Assembly: GCA_002269645.1 (NCBI GenBank)
Contig: NIVC01000214.1
Location: 1-64,000, forward strand
Source: Macrostomum lignano
Lineage: Eukaryota
Direction: 5' to 3'
DNA length: 64,000 nt
The translations under genes and the position numbers were made by a program. This document shows positions 24,725-36,782 of this stretch, piece after piece (position 1 is the stretch's first letter; every line of letters begins with the position of its first letter). The notes beneath the pieces were generated by a model, which made no database searches, was not told the origin of the DNA, and saw only the letters and a list, made by a program, of their open reading frames with translations.

Positions 24725-25644
24725 TCTCTCCTCGAGCATTGCCATTTGTAACGGGCATTTGTAAATTGAATAAATAAAATTGTTTGACTCTGAACTTTGT
24801 TTTTCATATTAAACAACACATTTTCGTCTATTTTGCTTACTTTTCTATTTGTAGTAGTATAGTAGAATCGCTTTAGGATTTTAATTCGATTGTCATTCAA
24901 CCGCGAGCAACCCCGCGCAGCCACAAAGGTGGCAGCCTAAATAGGCACGCGCACGCACCAACGCACCCACCACCCCACCAGACAGCCAGCACCCAAACAG
25001 CCCCCCTTGCACTAACAGCGGTTAGCCCTCGCGGGCTCGCGCAAACCGATGCACTATCGCGTAGTTATACAAGCAGCACAAGCTGGCCTAAGAGCCTAGA
25101 AAATATTCGGTCAACTTCCTGTAGGATATACGACTGAAAATATTCTGCAACTTGTATCAAATGAATAAACGATTTTAATAAAAAATCTGCTCTTACCAGC
25201 TCGTAGTAAAAAGGAGTATAAATTAGGATATTGGAAATCACCTGTCTGTCTCGCGGGTTTGTCGAAAATGATTTATTAGTTAATATCCTCTGGCAAGTGT
25301 TGCTTTCGTGTGTTTTCCATTTCACTCTTGTTGGTTGTTCAGTTCATTTCCTGCCGCGCTTCTTCTTGGATGAGGAAGGGCAGCCGCGGCTGCTGGGAGC
25401 TATAATTAGATTACTTTGAGCGATGAAGCACCGAGCGAGCGTGCAACCTAGCCTAGCTCGGGTCTGTTTATGTGGGCTGACAAATGCTTTTTGCTTAATA
25501 ACATTCGCTTGCGTAAGCGGAATTTCTTGTTTTTTTTCTTGTGCAAAAAAATGTAACTTAAAAAAACAGGGTGATTTTTCGCGCAAAAAAGTTGGCTAGG
25601 GCTTCTAAGAGATGTTTCTTTAGCTTTTCTAGGCTTTCTTAGCT

Positions 25645-25715
25645 GATTCTTTGCGGTTTTGAACGCGTCCGATTCTTGCATTAGGGTTCTCTCGGGTTCG
25701 ATTCCTGCCGCGTGC
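25645..25715 (+). other. Degenerate tRNA-like head with perfect B-box
   Basis: GGTTCGATTCC at 25695-25705; upstream A-box only weakly recognisable. Confidence 0.4.
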
Positions 25716-25741
25716 TCAGGGTCAGCGGAATGGGCCCGACT

Positions 25742-26024
25742 GCAACTGATTAACTGACTGACTAACTAACTAACTGACTGACTAACTAACTGAATAACTA
25801 ACTAACTGACTAACTAACTAACTGACTGACTAACTAATTAACTAACTGACTAACTAACTAACTAACTAACTGACTGACTAACTAACTGAATAACTAACTA
25901 ACTAACTGACTAACTAACTAACTAACTAACTAACTGACTGACTAACTAACTGAATAACTAACTAACTGACTGACTAACTAACTGACTAACTAACTAACTG
26001 ACTGACTAACTAATTAACTAACTG

Positions 26025-26055
<31 letters not shown>

Positions 26056-26458
26056 GACTGACTAACTAACTGAATAACTAACTGACTAACTAACTAACTG
26101 ACTGACTAACTAATTAACTAACTGACTAACTAATTAACTAACTAACTAACTAACTAACTGACTAACTAACTAACTGAATAACTAACTAACTAACTAACTA
26201 ACTAACTGACTAACTAACTAACTGAATAACTAACTAACTGACTAACTAACTAACTGACTGACTAACTAATTAACTAACTGACTAACTAACTGACTAACTA
26301 ACTGACTAACTAACTGACTAACTAACTAACTGAATAACAAACTAACTGACTAACTAACTAACTGACTGACTAACTAATTAACTAACTGACTAACTAACTA
26401 ACTGACTGACTGACTAACTAACTGACTGACTAACTAACTGACTAACTAATTAACTAAA

Positions 26459-26495
<37 letters not shown>

Positions 26496-26514
26496 GACTA
26501 ACTAATTAACTAAA

Positions 26515-26551
<37 letters not shown>

Positions 26552-26566
26552 GACTAACTAACTGAA

Positions 26567-26609
<43 letters not shown>

Positions 26610-26776
26610 TTAACTAAATAACTAACTAATTAACTAACTAACTAACTGACTAACTAACTAACTAACTAACTGAATAACTAACTGACTAACTAACTAACTA
26701 TCTAACTAACTAACTGAATAAATAACTAACTAACTAACTGACTGACTAACTAATTAACTAACTAATTAACTAACTG

Positions 26777-26807
<31 letters not shown>

Positions 26808-26874
26808 GACTAACTAACTGACTAACTAACTAACTAACTGACAGACTAACTAATTAACTAAATAACTAACTAAT

Positions 26875-26923
<49 letters not shown>

Positions 26924-27021
26924 GACTGACTGACTGACTGACTAACTAACTGAATAACTAACTGACTAACTCACTGAATATCTAACTAACTAACTAACTG
27001 ACTAATTAACAAAATAACTAG

Positions 27022-27067
<46 letters not shown>

Positions 27068-27072
27068 GACTG

Positions 27073-27103
<31 letters not shown>

Positions 27104-27174
27104 GAATAACTAACTGACTAACTAACTGAATAACTAATTAACTAACTAACTAACTAACTAACTAATTAACTAAA

Positions 27175-27207
<33 letters not shown>

Positions 27208-27220
27208 GACTTACTAACTG

Positions 27221-27259
<39 letters not shown>

Positions 27260-27320
27260 GAATAACTAACTAACTAACTAACTGACTGACTAACCAATTA
27301 ACTAACTAATTAACTAACTG

Positions 27321-27367
<47 letters not shown>

Positions 27368-27536
27368 GACTAACTAACTGACTAACTAACTAACTGACTG
27401 ACTAACTAACTAACTGACAGACTAACTAATTAACTAAATAACTAACTAACTAACTAACTAACTAACTGACTGACTAACTAACTGACTAACTAACTGACTA
27501 ACTAACTGACTAACTAACTAACTAACTAACTAACTG

Positions 27537-27567
<31 letters not shown>

Positions 27568-27582
27568 GACTAACTAACTGAA

Positions 27583-27625
<43 letters not shown>

Positions 27626-27792
27626 TTAACTAAATAACTAACTAACTAACTAACTAACTAACTGACTAACTAACTAACTAACTAACTGAATAACTAACTG
27701 ACTAACTAACTAACTATCTAACTAACTAACTGAATAAATAACTAACTAACTAACTGACTGACTAACTAATTAACTAACTAATTAACTAACTG

Positions 27793-27823
<31 letters not shown>

Positions 27824-27890
27824 GACTAACTAACTGACTAACTAACTAACTAACTGACAGACTAACTAATTAACTAAATAACTAACTAAT

Positions 27891-27931
<41 letters not shown>

Positions 27932-28029
27932 GACTGACTGACTGACTGACTAACTAACTGAATAACTAACTGACTAACTCACTGAATATCTAACTAACTA
28001 ACTAACTGACTAATTAACAAAATAACTAG

Positions 28030-28083
<54 letters not shown>

Positions 28084-28190
28084 GACTGACTAACTAACTG
28101 ACTAACTAACTAACTAACTGAATAACTAACTGACTAACTAACTGAATAACTAATTAACTAACTAACTAACTAACTAACTAATTAACTAAA

Positions 28191-28223
<33 letters not shown>

Positions 28224-28236
28224 GACTTACTAACTG

Positions 28237-28275
<39 letters not shown>

Positions 28276-28336
28276 GAATAACTAACTAACTAACTAACTG
28301 ACTGACTAACCAATTAACTAACTAATTAACTAACTG

Positions 28337-28387
<51 letters not shown>

Positions 28388-28458
28388 GACTAACTAACTG
28401 ACTAACTAACTAACTGACTGACTAACTAACTAACTGACAGACTAACTAATTAACTAAA

Positions 28459-28491
<33 letters not shown>

Positions 28492-28532
28492 GACTGACTA
28501 ACTAACTGACTAACTAACTGACTAACTAACTG

Positions 28533-28563
<31 letters not shown>

Positions 28564-28622
28564 GACTAACTAACTAACTGACTGACTAACTAACTAACTG
28601 ACAGACTAACTAATTAACTAAA

Positions 28623-28659
<37 letters not shown>

Positions 28660-28740
28660 GACTGACTAACTAACTGACTGACTAACTAACGCTAGTTAAT
28701 TAAATAACTAACGAACCAACTAACTAAATTTGACTAACTA
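25742..28740. repeat. 3-kb (ACTA)n/(ACTG)n microsatellite with an internal about 1-kb duplication
   Basis: Direct read; rare variants (TATCTAAC, TCACTGAATATC, AAAATAACTAGC) recur about 1.0 kb apart. Confidence 0.97.
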
Positions 28741-28764
28741 AAAAACTAGCTGACTGACCAACTG

Positions 28765-28835
28765 TGGCCACGGTGCGGAATCGAACCTGGGAGCCCTGAC
28801 GCAACGGTCTATACGCGCTACCACCCCAGTCCTCT
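28765..28835 (-). other. tRNA-like Pol III element (A-box-like, B-box, oligo-T terminator) immediately upstream and antisense of the GTF3C6 exon
   Basis: Minus strand GGGGTGGTAGCGCG, 26 nt, GGTTCGATTCC (28787-28777), then a T6 run near 28740-28745; cloverleaf does not fold. Confidence 0.6.
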
Positions 28836-28847
28836 TAGTTTCTACAG

Positions 28848-29234
28848 CAAGCGCACATCGCACTTCTGGAATTCCAGTCGCAATCCGGGCAGACGCACCA
28901 GCCGGACGAAGCCGCGAACTGGGAGGCGGTGGACGAGCGGCTGCTGCACGTCGAGCACGGCGGCCTGCTGCTGGCCGGCGGCGGCGGCTGCCGCGTCTCC
29001 GGCCTCGACTCGGCGGCGCCGCGGCTTCAACAGGGCCGGCTGGATCTGCGCGGCCGCTACAAAGACGCCGCTGGCACCGTGATGTACTTTGAGCTGTTGG
29101 ACGCCGGGGAAGGCGCCGCCGGTCCAACATGTCGGCTGGTTGGCCAGACGGAGAAGCTGCTGCTGGTGGAGCCGCCTATGCAGAGCAAATCAGTGCTGGG
29201 CAGGACGGCAGCTCGCGATAAGGCGGCCAACTGA
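28848..29234 (+). CDS. GTF3C6: TFIIIC subunit 6 (TFIIIC35/Tfc7/Sfc7-like) coding exon; 5' start must come by splicing
   Basis: DERLLHVEHGGLL..CRVSGLDSAAPRLQQGRLDLRGRYKDAAGTVMYFE..GQTEKLL aligns with remembered human EEQLVLVELSGII..CKVLGIDTERPILQVDSCVFAGEYEDTLGTCVIFE..CHTMKKL; acceptor TTTCTACAG| at 28847, phase 0; in-frame TAG at 28836-28838. Confidence 0.8.
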   Translation, partial: QAHIALLEFQSQSGQTHQPDEAANWEAVDERLLHVEHGGLLLAGGGGCRVSGLDSAAPRLQQGRLDLRGRYKDAAGTVMYFELLDAGEGAAGPTCRLVGQTEKLLLVEPPMQSKSVLGRTAARDKAAN

Positions 29235-29289
29235 TGAATTCAAAGAGTATTTATAAGAGTATTTAATGGGAGAATTGCTAAGGGCAGTA

Positions 29290-29510
29290 GATTTTCCATT
29301 GACTGGTTGGGGAGAATTTTCCCATAGATTAATTGGGGAGATTTTTCCCATAGACTAATTAGGGAGATTTTTCCCATAGACTAATTATGGAGACTTTTGC
29401 CATTGACTAGTTGGGGAGATTTTTGCCATTGACTTATTGAGGATATTTTTGCCCTTTGACTAATTAGGAAGATTTTCCCATTGACTGGTTGGGTAGGTTT
29501 TTCCCATAGA
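29290..29510. repeat. Degenerate about 31-bp repeat TTTTCCCATAGACTAATTGGGGAGA
   Basis: About 7 diverged copies, each weakly self-complementary (TTCCC..GGGA). Confidence 0.7.
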
Positions 29511-29936
29511 CGGGTTTCAGTTTGTTTAGTTTAGTAAATTTTCCCCACAGTTGTATATTCTCTTGTCATTTGTCACTTTGCTGTTTTTGCTTTCGAGTTT
29601 ATAGACTCGTAATTAGTGTTCGCTTTGTACGTTGAAATGTGTAAATATATTATAATTATTGTACAGTACATTTAGTGCAGAGTTGAGCACTTCTATACAT
29701 GTGCTTTCCGAGTTAAAATGCAAAACATGTCTCCATATTGTTCCTATTCATTTTCTTTACTGTAATCTGCCCTTAGAATAGGACAGCCAAACAGGTCTGC
29801 ATCTACTGGCGCTGCAGCTGCTTACCTTTCATTGGATGTCCTATTTATTTAGCGGTACCAATTATCCTGGCATGGCTAAATATTGCAACCTAAGAATGCG
29901 GTCATATCTAATAATCCGACTCAGAGATTCGCTTCC

Positions 29937-31320
29937 GACTCCGCCCCTCTCAAAAATCGCATCCAAATCCGCGCCTCTCAAAAATCGCATCCAAATTCGC
30001 TCCCTCCCAAAAATCGCATCCAAATCCGCCCCTCTCAAAAATCGTATCCAAATCCGCCGCCTCTCAAAAATCGCATCTAAATCCGCCCTCTCAAAAATCG
30101 CATCCAAATCCGCCCTCTCAAAAATCGCATCCAAATCCGCCCCCTCTCAAAAATCGCATCCAAATCCGCCCCCTCTCAAAAATCGCATTTAAATCCGCCC
30201 CTCCCAAAAATCGCATCCAAATCCACCATCTCCCAAAAATCGCATCCAAATTCGCTCCCTCTCAAAAATCGCATCCAAATCCGCGCCTCTCAAAAATCGC
30301 ATCCAAATCCGCCGCCTCTCAAAAATCGCATCTAAATCCGCCCTCCCAAAAATCGCATCTAAATCCGCCCCCTCTCAAAAATCGCATTTAAATCCGCCCC
30401 TCCCAAAAATCGCATTTAAATCCGCCCCTCCCAAAAATCGCATCCAAATCCACCATCTCCCAAAAATCGCATCCAAATTCGCTCCCTCTCAAAAATCGCA
30501 TCCAAATCCGCGCCTCTCAAAAACCGCATCCAAATCCGCCGCCTCTCAAAAATCGCATCTAAATCCGCCCTCCCAAAAATCGCATCTAAATCCGCCCCTC
30601 TCAAAAATCGCATCTAAATCCGCCCCCCTCTCAAAAATCACATCTAAATCCGCCCCCCTCTCAAAAATCACATTTAAATCCGCCCCCTCCAAAAAATCGT
30701 ATCCAAATCCGCCCCCTCCCAAAAATCGCATCTAAATCCGCCCCCTCCCAAAAATCGCATCCAAATCCGCCCCCTCTCAAAAGTCGCATCCAAATCCACC
30801 ATCTCCCAAAAATCGCATCTAAATCCGCCCCTCCCAAAAATCGTATCCAAATCCGCCCCCTCCTAAAATCGCATCCAAATCCGCCCCCTCCCAAAAATCG
30901 CATCTAAATCCGCCCCCTCTCAAAAATCGTATCCAAATCCGCCCCCTCCCAAAAATCGCATCTAAATCCGCCCCCTCTCAAAAATCACATCTAAATCCGC
31001 CCCCTCCCAAAAATCGCATCCAAATCCGTCCCCTCCCAAAAATCGCATCCATATTCGCCCCCTCTCAAAAGTCGCATCTAAATCCGCCCCTCCCAAAAAT
31101 CGTATCTAAATCCGCCCCTCCCAAAAATCGCATCTAAATCCGCCCCCTCCCAAAAATCGTATCTAAATCCGCCCCTCCCAAAAATCGTATCGAAATCCGC
31201 CCCTCCCAAAAATCGCATCTAAATCCGCCCCCTTCCAAAAATCGTATCCAATTCCGCCCCTCTCAAAAATCGCATCCAAATTCGCCCCCTCTCAAAAGTC
31301 GCATCGAATCCAAATCCACC
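29937..31320. repeat. 27-29-bp minisatellite AAAAATCGCATCCAAATCCGCCCCTCTC
   Basis: About 48 copies; GC box CCGCCC in most units. Confidence 0.95.
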
Positions 31321-31842
31321 CCCTCCCCCAAAATCGTTCGCGAACCCGCCCCTGAGATTCGCAAATGCGCCCAAAAACGGCTCCCAAGTCCGCCTCAAAT
31401 AGCAATGTTGAATCAGAATTCCGCAGTTCTTTTCGCCTGTCCGGTTTGAAAAATCGTATTAGCAGCAGCCCAGCGCAGTTGACCCTTCAGTCGGCAATGG
31501 AGGAATTCTGTGCAGGGAAGCAGTTGCCCCGTTTGAAGGTTATGTCCATGTCAACTGTTTCAGTTGCTAACCATAGGTAGCTGTGCTACACTCTTCCCTG
31601 CGATTTGAACTGTTCAGAATTGCTGCCCTCCGTCTTGAAATTTGTTTGTTCTTTCTGAACTCGCCGACACGTCAAGCATTACGAACACAAAACCGTAAAG
31701 CTCTGAATTGTAAAGAAATCGGCCTATCATAAATCACTGTTATCACTGCGGTCGGGTACTGTATTTCTTTCAAGTGAAAGTAACTGCTTTGCCGTGTGTT
31801 TTCCATATTAGTTTAAGAAACGGTCACTAAATTATATCCGTA

Positions 31843-31916
31843 CTATTACCACTACCACTACTACCACTACTACTACTACTACTACTACCTCTACTACTAC
31901 TACTACTACTATACTG

Positions 31917-31973
<57 letters not shown>

Positions 31974-32065
31974 TACTGCTACTACTACTACTAATACTAC
32001 TACTACTACTACTAATACTACTACTACTACTAATACTACTACTACTACTACTATTATTACTACCA

Positions 32066-32118
<53 letters not shown>

Positions 32119-32260
32119 GCTACTACTACTACTACTGCTACTACTACTGCTACTACTACTATTATTACTACCACTACCACTACTACCACTACTACTACTA
32201 CTACTACTAATACTACTACTACTACTAATACTACTACTACTACTACTATTATTACTACCA

Positions 32261-32340
<80 letters not shown>

Positions 32341-32452
32341 GCTACTACTACCACTACTACTACTACTACTACTACTATTATTACTACCACTACTACTGCT
32401 ACTACTACTGCTACTACTACTACTGCTACTACTACTACTACTGCTACTACTG

Positions 32453-32509
<57 letters not shown>

Positions 32510-32510
32510 T
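31843..32510. repeat. (TAC)n trinucleotide microsatellite
   Basis: Direct read; poly-Val ORF 31971-32390 is its antisense translation. Confidence 0.97.
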
Positions 32511-32695
32511 TAATACGAGCGTACTACAAAAACGTCAATACAATTCTTTAAAGCTATTTCAGTTTAAGTTTCTCCGCTTTTAAAAGAAAACCAAATGAAA
32601 AAAAATTATAAAATATTTTTCATGCCACCACCGCTATTAGAAGCAGCAGCAGAAGACTCGTAAAGACAGGCAACAACTTGCAATAGCTAGCTTTG

Positions 32696-32764
32696 ATGTG
32701 CGGTATTTTCGCGCTGTTGTGCGACAGCGAATGCCGCCACGGAGCTGACTGCCGACTGAGACAG
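32696..32764 (+). CDS. ASNSD1: Asparagine synthetase domain-containing protein 1, exon 1
   Basis: ATG TGC GGT ATT TTC GCG = MCGIFALL (class II glutamine amidotransferase N-terminal Cys); donor CAG|GTGAGC, phase 0. Confidence 0.85.
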
Positions 32765-33399
32765 GTGAGCTGCCTGTTTAGGACAACTCACAACTTCACA
32801 AGCTCTTAGATTCACTCAGTCACACACTCACGTTATCATTCACTCAGTCTCTCACATTCTCACTCATTCACACAATATCTCAATCTCTGATTCACACAAT
32901 CTCTCACTCTCACATTCACACAACTCTTACTCTCATTTACAGAATCTTTCACACTCATTGACACAATCTCTCACTCATACATTCACACAATCTCTCACTC
33001 TCTAATTCACATACTCATTCAGGCTGCTTCTCTCTCTAAAATTGATGCTCAGAAGGCGGTTACTAGAGGTTGCAGTGAGGCGGCAAGTGTGCGGCAATTG
33101 TAATTAATTCACTTGTCAATGTCAAAGCACGAGTGTTTCAGACTGTTATTATTCAAATAAATTTGCCCTTGCTTATCGCTCCGCCGCCGCTGATTCCACA
33201 AAGTTAATAACTGTTGTTGTATTTTGCCTTCGGCAGTTCTGGCCTATCATTACGCCTTCGCTAGACGCAGGCTATTAATCTGCTCATCTTTACCTTTCTT
33301 ATTGTGCGGCATCCTAATTAGCGAGCAGTCGTGCTGTCCGTGCTTCACCGCCGATTTCACTCTTAACTTTTACTATTCTTTACGAATAACCAGATTGAG

Positions 33400-33975
33400 G
33401 ACATTTAAAAGAATCGATTGGGGATATTTAAATGAATAGATTGGGAATGTTTGAAGGAATAGATTGGGGACATTTGAATAAATAGATTGAGGACATTTGA
33501 AGGAATATATTGGGGATGTACCGATGTTTGAAGGAATAGATTTGGGACATTTGAAGAACCAGATTGGGGATATTTGAAGGAATAGATTGGGGACATTTAA
33601 ATGAATAGATTGGCGACATTCGAATGAATATATTGGAGACTTTGAAGGACCAGATTGAGAATACTTGAAGCGACAGATTGGGGATATTTGAAGGACCAGA
33701 TTGAGGATATTTGAAAGGACCAGATTAGAGATATTTGAATGAATGAATGAATGAAAGATTGGGGATATTTGAAGGGACAGATTAAGGATATTTGAAGGAC
33801 CAGCTTGGGGATATTTGAAGGGACAGATTGAGGATATTTGAAGGACCAGATTGGGGATATTTGAAGGGACAGATTGAGGATATTTGAAGGACCAGATTGG
33901 GGATATTTGAAGGAATAGGCTGAGGGTATTTGAAGGGACAGATTGGGGATATTTAAAGGACCAGATTGGGGATAT
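33400..33975. repeat. About 23-bp minisatellite GAAGGACCAGATTGGGGATATTT
   Basis: About 25 diverged copies. Confidence 0.9.
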
Positions 33976-34663
33976 CGCTCATCGTACAATATTGGGTTAT
34001 TTCTCTCGTACGCGGTTTCAAGGGCTTGTTAAAGTTATGAGCCATAAGAAAATGCTCATAAGTTTAGGAAAGGGGAAAGGCTAGGGCACCTGGATGTGTC
34101 ACCTGTTCGATTCACCTGGTCGAGTCACCTGGCCGAGGCTGGACGGCACCGAGAGGACCCAATGTGAGCCCGGAGCGAGGGGACCAAAGTTGAGAAGTAG
34201 GCCCCAACGTTGCGGACGCTAGCCTTTGTCTAAGACACCCAACGTAGCTCGGCTCGCGCCATCAACAGCAGCAGCATCAACGATCTCAGCAGTACGCACA
34301 CTACAATCAGCCGATCAGCCCAGGACAGCAAGACCAGTTCAGCAGGAGTTCATTGTGCTTCCCACGCTTAATTGTTTGCACAAGTGAAAGTTAGAAAAGT
34401 TCATCCGGCTGGAATTAGCTTGCACTAAGAACGTCTGGTTCTCACGAAAACTGCTGAGATCAGCGCCCAAGATCTGCGACATCGGTACTGCTGCAACACT
34501 GGTGGAGCAGCCGAATGACGCACAACGGCGGGGTCCGATCTCGCTGTTCACATAAAACTGGCATGCAGGCATCCAAACTTTTACACCAAAAATAATTCCC
34601 AGACTTTCTTGCTATTGCTTTGCGCTCGAACTGCAACGCCAACAACCCACCGCCTCTCCAAAG

Positions 34664-34867
34664 CTGGACCTGTCCCAGCAGCTGTGGTGCCACCGCGGCC
34701 CCGACGGCCTGGCCAGTCTGGCGGTGGACCAGCGGCTGCTTCTGGCCGGATGCGTGCTGCACCAGCGAGGCGATCGGGCGCGACTGCAGCCGGTTGAACG
34801 ACTGGACGGTGGCCGGCGCAGGGTGCTGCTCTGGAATGGGGAGCTGTTTTACTGCACGGACCCGAGG
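34664..34867 (+). CDS. ASNSD1: ASNSD1 exon 2
   Basis: LDLSQQLWCHRGPDG..VLHQRG..LQPV..LLWNGELF; AG|..|GTGAGC, phase 0-0. Confidence 0.9.
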
Positions 34868-34899
34868 GTGAGCAACTGAAACCAAGGGAATCCGCCCCT

Positions 34900-35280
34900 C
34901 CCAAGTATCCCAAATCCACCCTAAGTGTCCCACTTCCGCCCTCGAATATCCTAAATCCGCCCTCAAATATCCCAAATCCGCCCTCGAATATCCCAAATCC
35001 GCCCTAGAATATCCCAAATCCGCCCCCTAAATTGCTCCTAAATCCGCCCCCTAAGAACCGCTCCCTAATCCGCCCCCAGGGAACCGCTCCGAAATCCGCC
35101 CCCAAGGAACCTCTCCGAAATCCGCCCCCAAAAAACCGCTCCCAAATCCGCCCCCCCCAAATAACCGCTCCCAAATCTGCCCCAAAGAACCGCTCCCAAT
35201 TCCGCCCCCCAAAGAACCGCTCCCAAATCCGCCCCCAAAGAACCGCTCCCACATCCCCCACCCCCCCCCAAAGAACCGCT
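34900..35280. repeat. Degenerate CCAAATCCGCCC repeat, related to the 29937 array
   Basis: Shared AAATCCGCCC core. Confidence 0.8.
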
Positions 35281-35646
35281 TCAAGCATCGGGCTGATGCT
35301 AATAAACCAGGCATAGCTATTAGCGTATCTTTTGGTACCCCCGAATAGCTCGACAAAGCTCTGGTGGTTTTTAAAGTACTGAGCGAACTTTAGGAGGACT
35401 TTTTGAAAAACAGGATCGGTTTTAATTTCATTTATTGGTTCTTTAATTTTCTGATCAAATATGCGTACGGCTCGTAGAGGGTGGCCTTTTAACTAAATTA
35501 GCCATGATAATTAATTTTGGCGTCGTGAATATCCCTGCAGTGGCGGATCTAAAGAGGAGGGTAAAAAAGGAGGTCGTCTGATTCCCCTCCGCGGTGAGAA
35601 ATCCCCTCCCTATCTTCATGGTTTGTGCAACCAAAAACCGCTGCAG

Positions 35647-35769
35647 GTGGACCTGGCTGGCAGCGACACGGAGGCTGTGAGCCGGCTGCTTCATCAGTGC
35701 CTCTCTCTGGATGAGCTGCTGGTCGCGCTCGGCTGCCTGGGAGGGCCGCACGCGTTCTTCTACTATGCG
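35647..35769 (+). CDS. ASNSD1: ASNSD1 exon 3
   Basis: VDLAGSDTEAVSRLL..LGGPHAFFYYA (cf. NDTQ..QGPWSFIYY); CTGCAG|..|GTAGGC, phase 0-0. Confidence 0.9.
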
Positions 35770-35825
35770 GTAGGCAGTGCAGGGAGCTTCCCTGGATTAG
35801 CAATCCAGTCTGTTCGTATATGCGT

Positions 35826-36782
35826 GCTTGGCTAGATTAGCAGTCCATTCTATTCCTGCATCTATTATTGGCTAGATTAGCAATCCATTCTATTCCTGCA
35901 TCAATCATTGGCTAGATTAGCAATCCATTCTATTCCTGCATCTATAATTGGCTAGATTAGCAATCCATTCTATTCCTGCATCAATCATTGGCTAGATTAG
36001 CAGTCCATTCAATTCCTGCATCAATCATTGGCTAGATTAGCAATCCATTCTATTTCTGCATCAATCATTGGCTAGATTAGCAATCCATTCTATTCCTGCA
36101 TCAATCATTGGCTAGATTAGCAGTCCATTCAATTCCTGCATCAATCATTGGCTAGATTAGCAATCCATTCTATTCCTGCATCAATCATTGGCTAGATTAG
36201 CAATCCATTCTATTTCTGCATCAATCATTGGCTAGATTAGCAATCCATTCTATTCCTGCATCAATCATTGGCTAGATTAGCAGTCCATTCAATTCCTGCA
36301 TCAATCATTGGCTAGATTAGCAATCCATTCTATTCCTGCATCAATCATTGGCTAGATTAGCAATCCATTCAATTCCTGCATCAATCATTGGCTAGATTAG
36401 CAATCCATTCAATTCCTGCATCAATCATTGGCTAGGTTGGCAATCCATTCAATTTCTGCATCAATCATTGGCTATACTAGCAGTCCATTCTATTCCTGCA
36501 TCAATTATTGGCTAGATTAGCAATTCATTCTATTCCTGCATCTATCATTGGCTAGATTAGCAATCCATTATATTACTGCATCAATCATTGGCTAGATTAG
36601 CAATACATTCTATTCCTGCATCTATCATTGGCTAGATTAGCAATCCATTCTATTCCTGCATCAATCATTGGCTAGATTAGCAATCCATTCAATTCCTGCA
36701 TCAATCATTGGCTAGATTGGCAATCCATTCTATTCCTGCATCAATCATTGGCTAGATTAGCAATCCATTCTATTCCTGCATC
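35826..36782. repeat. 40-bp minisatellite TTGGCTAGATTAGCAATCCATTCTATTCCTGCATCAATCA
   Basis: About 24 tandem copies. Confidence 0.95.

Noticed and set aside
33299-33320. TTG TGC GGC ATC (LCGI) as ASNSD1 start
   Set aside because: A true ATG-TGC-GGT-ATT with a strong phase-0 donor exists at 32696-32764
35826-36782. Regular 30-60-bp arrays as possible CRISPR arrays
   Set aside because: No unique spacers, no cas genes, eukaryotic context
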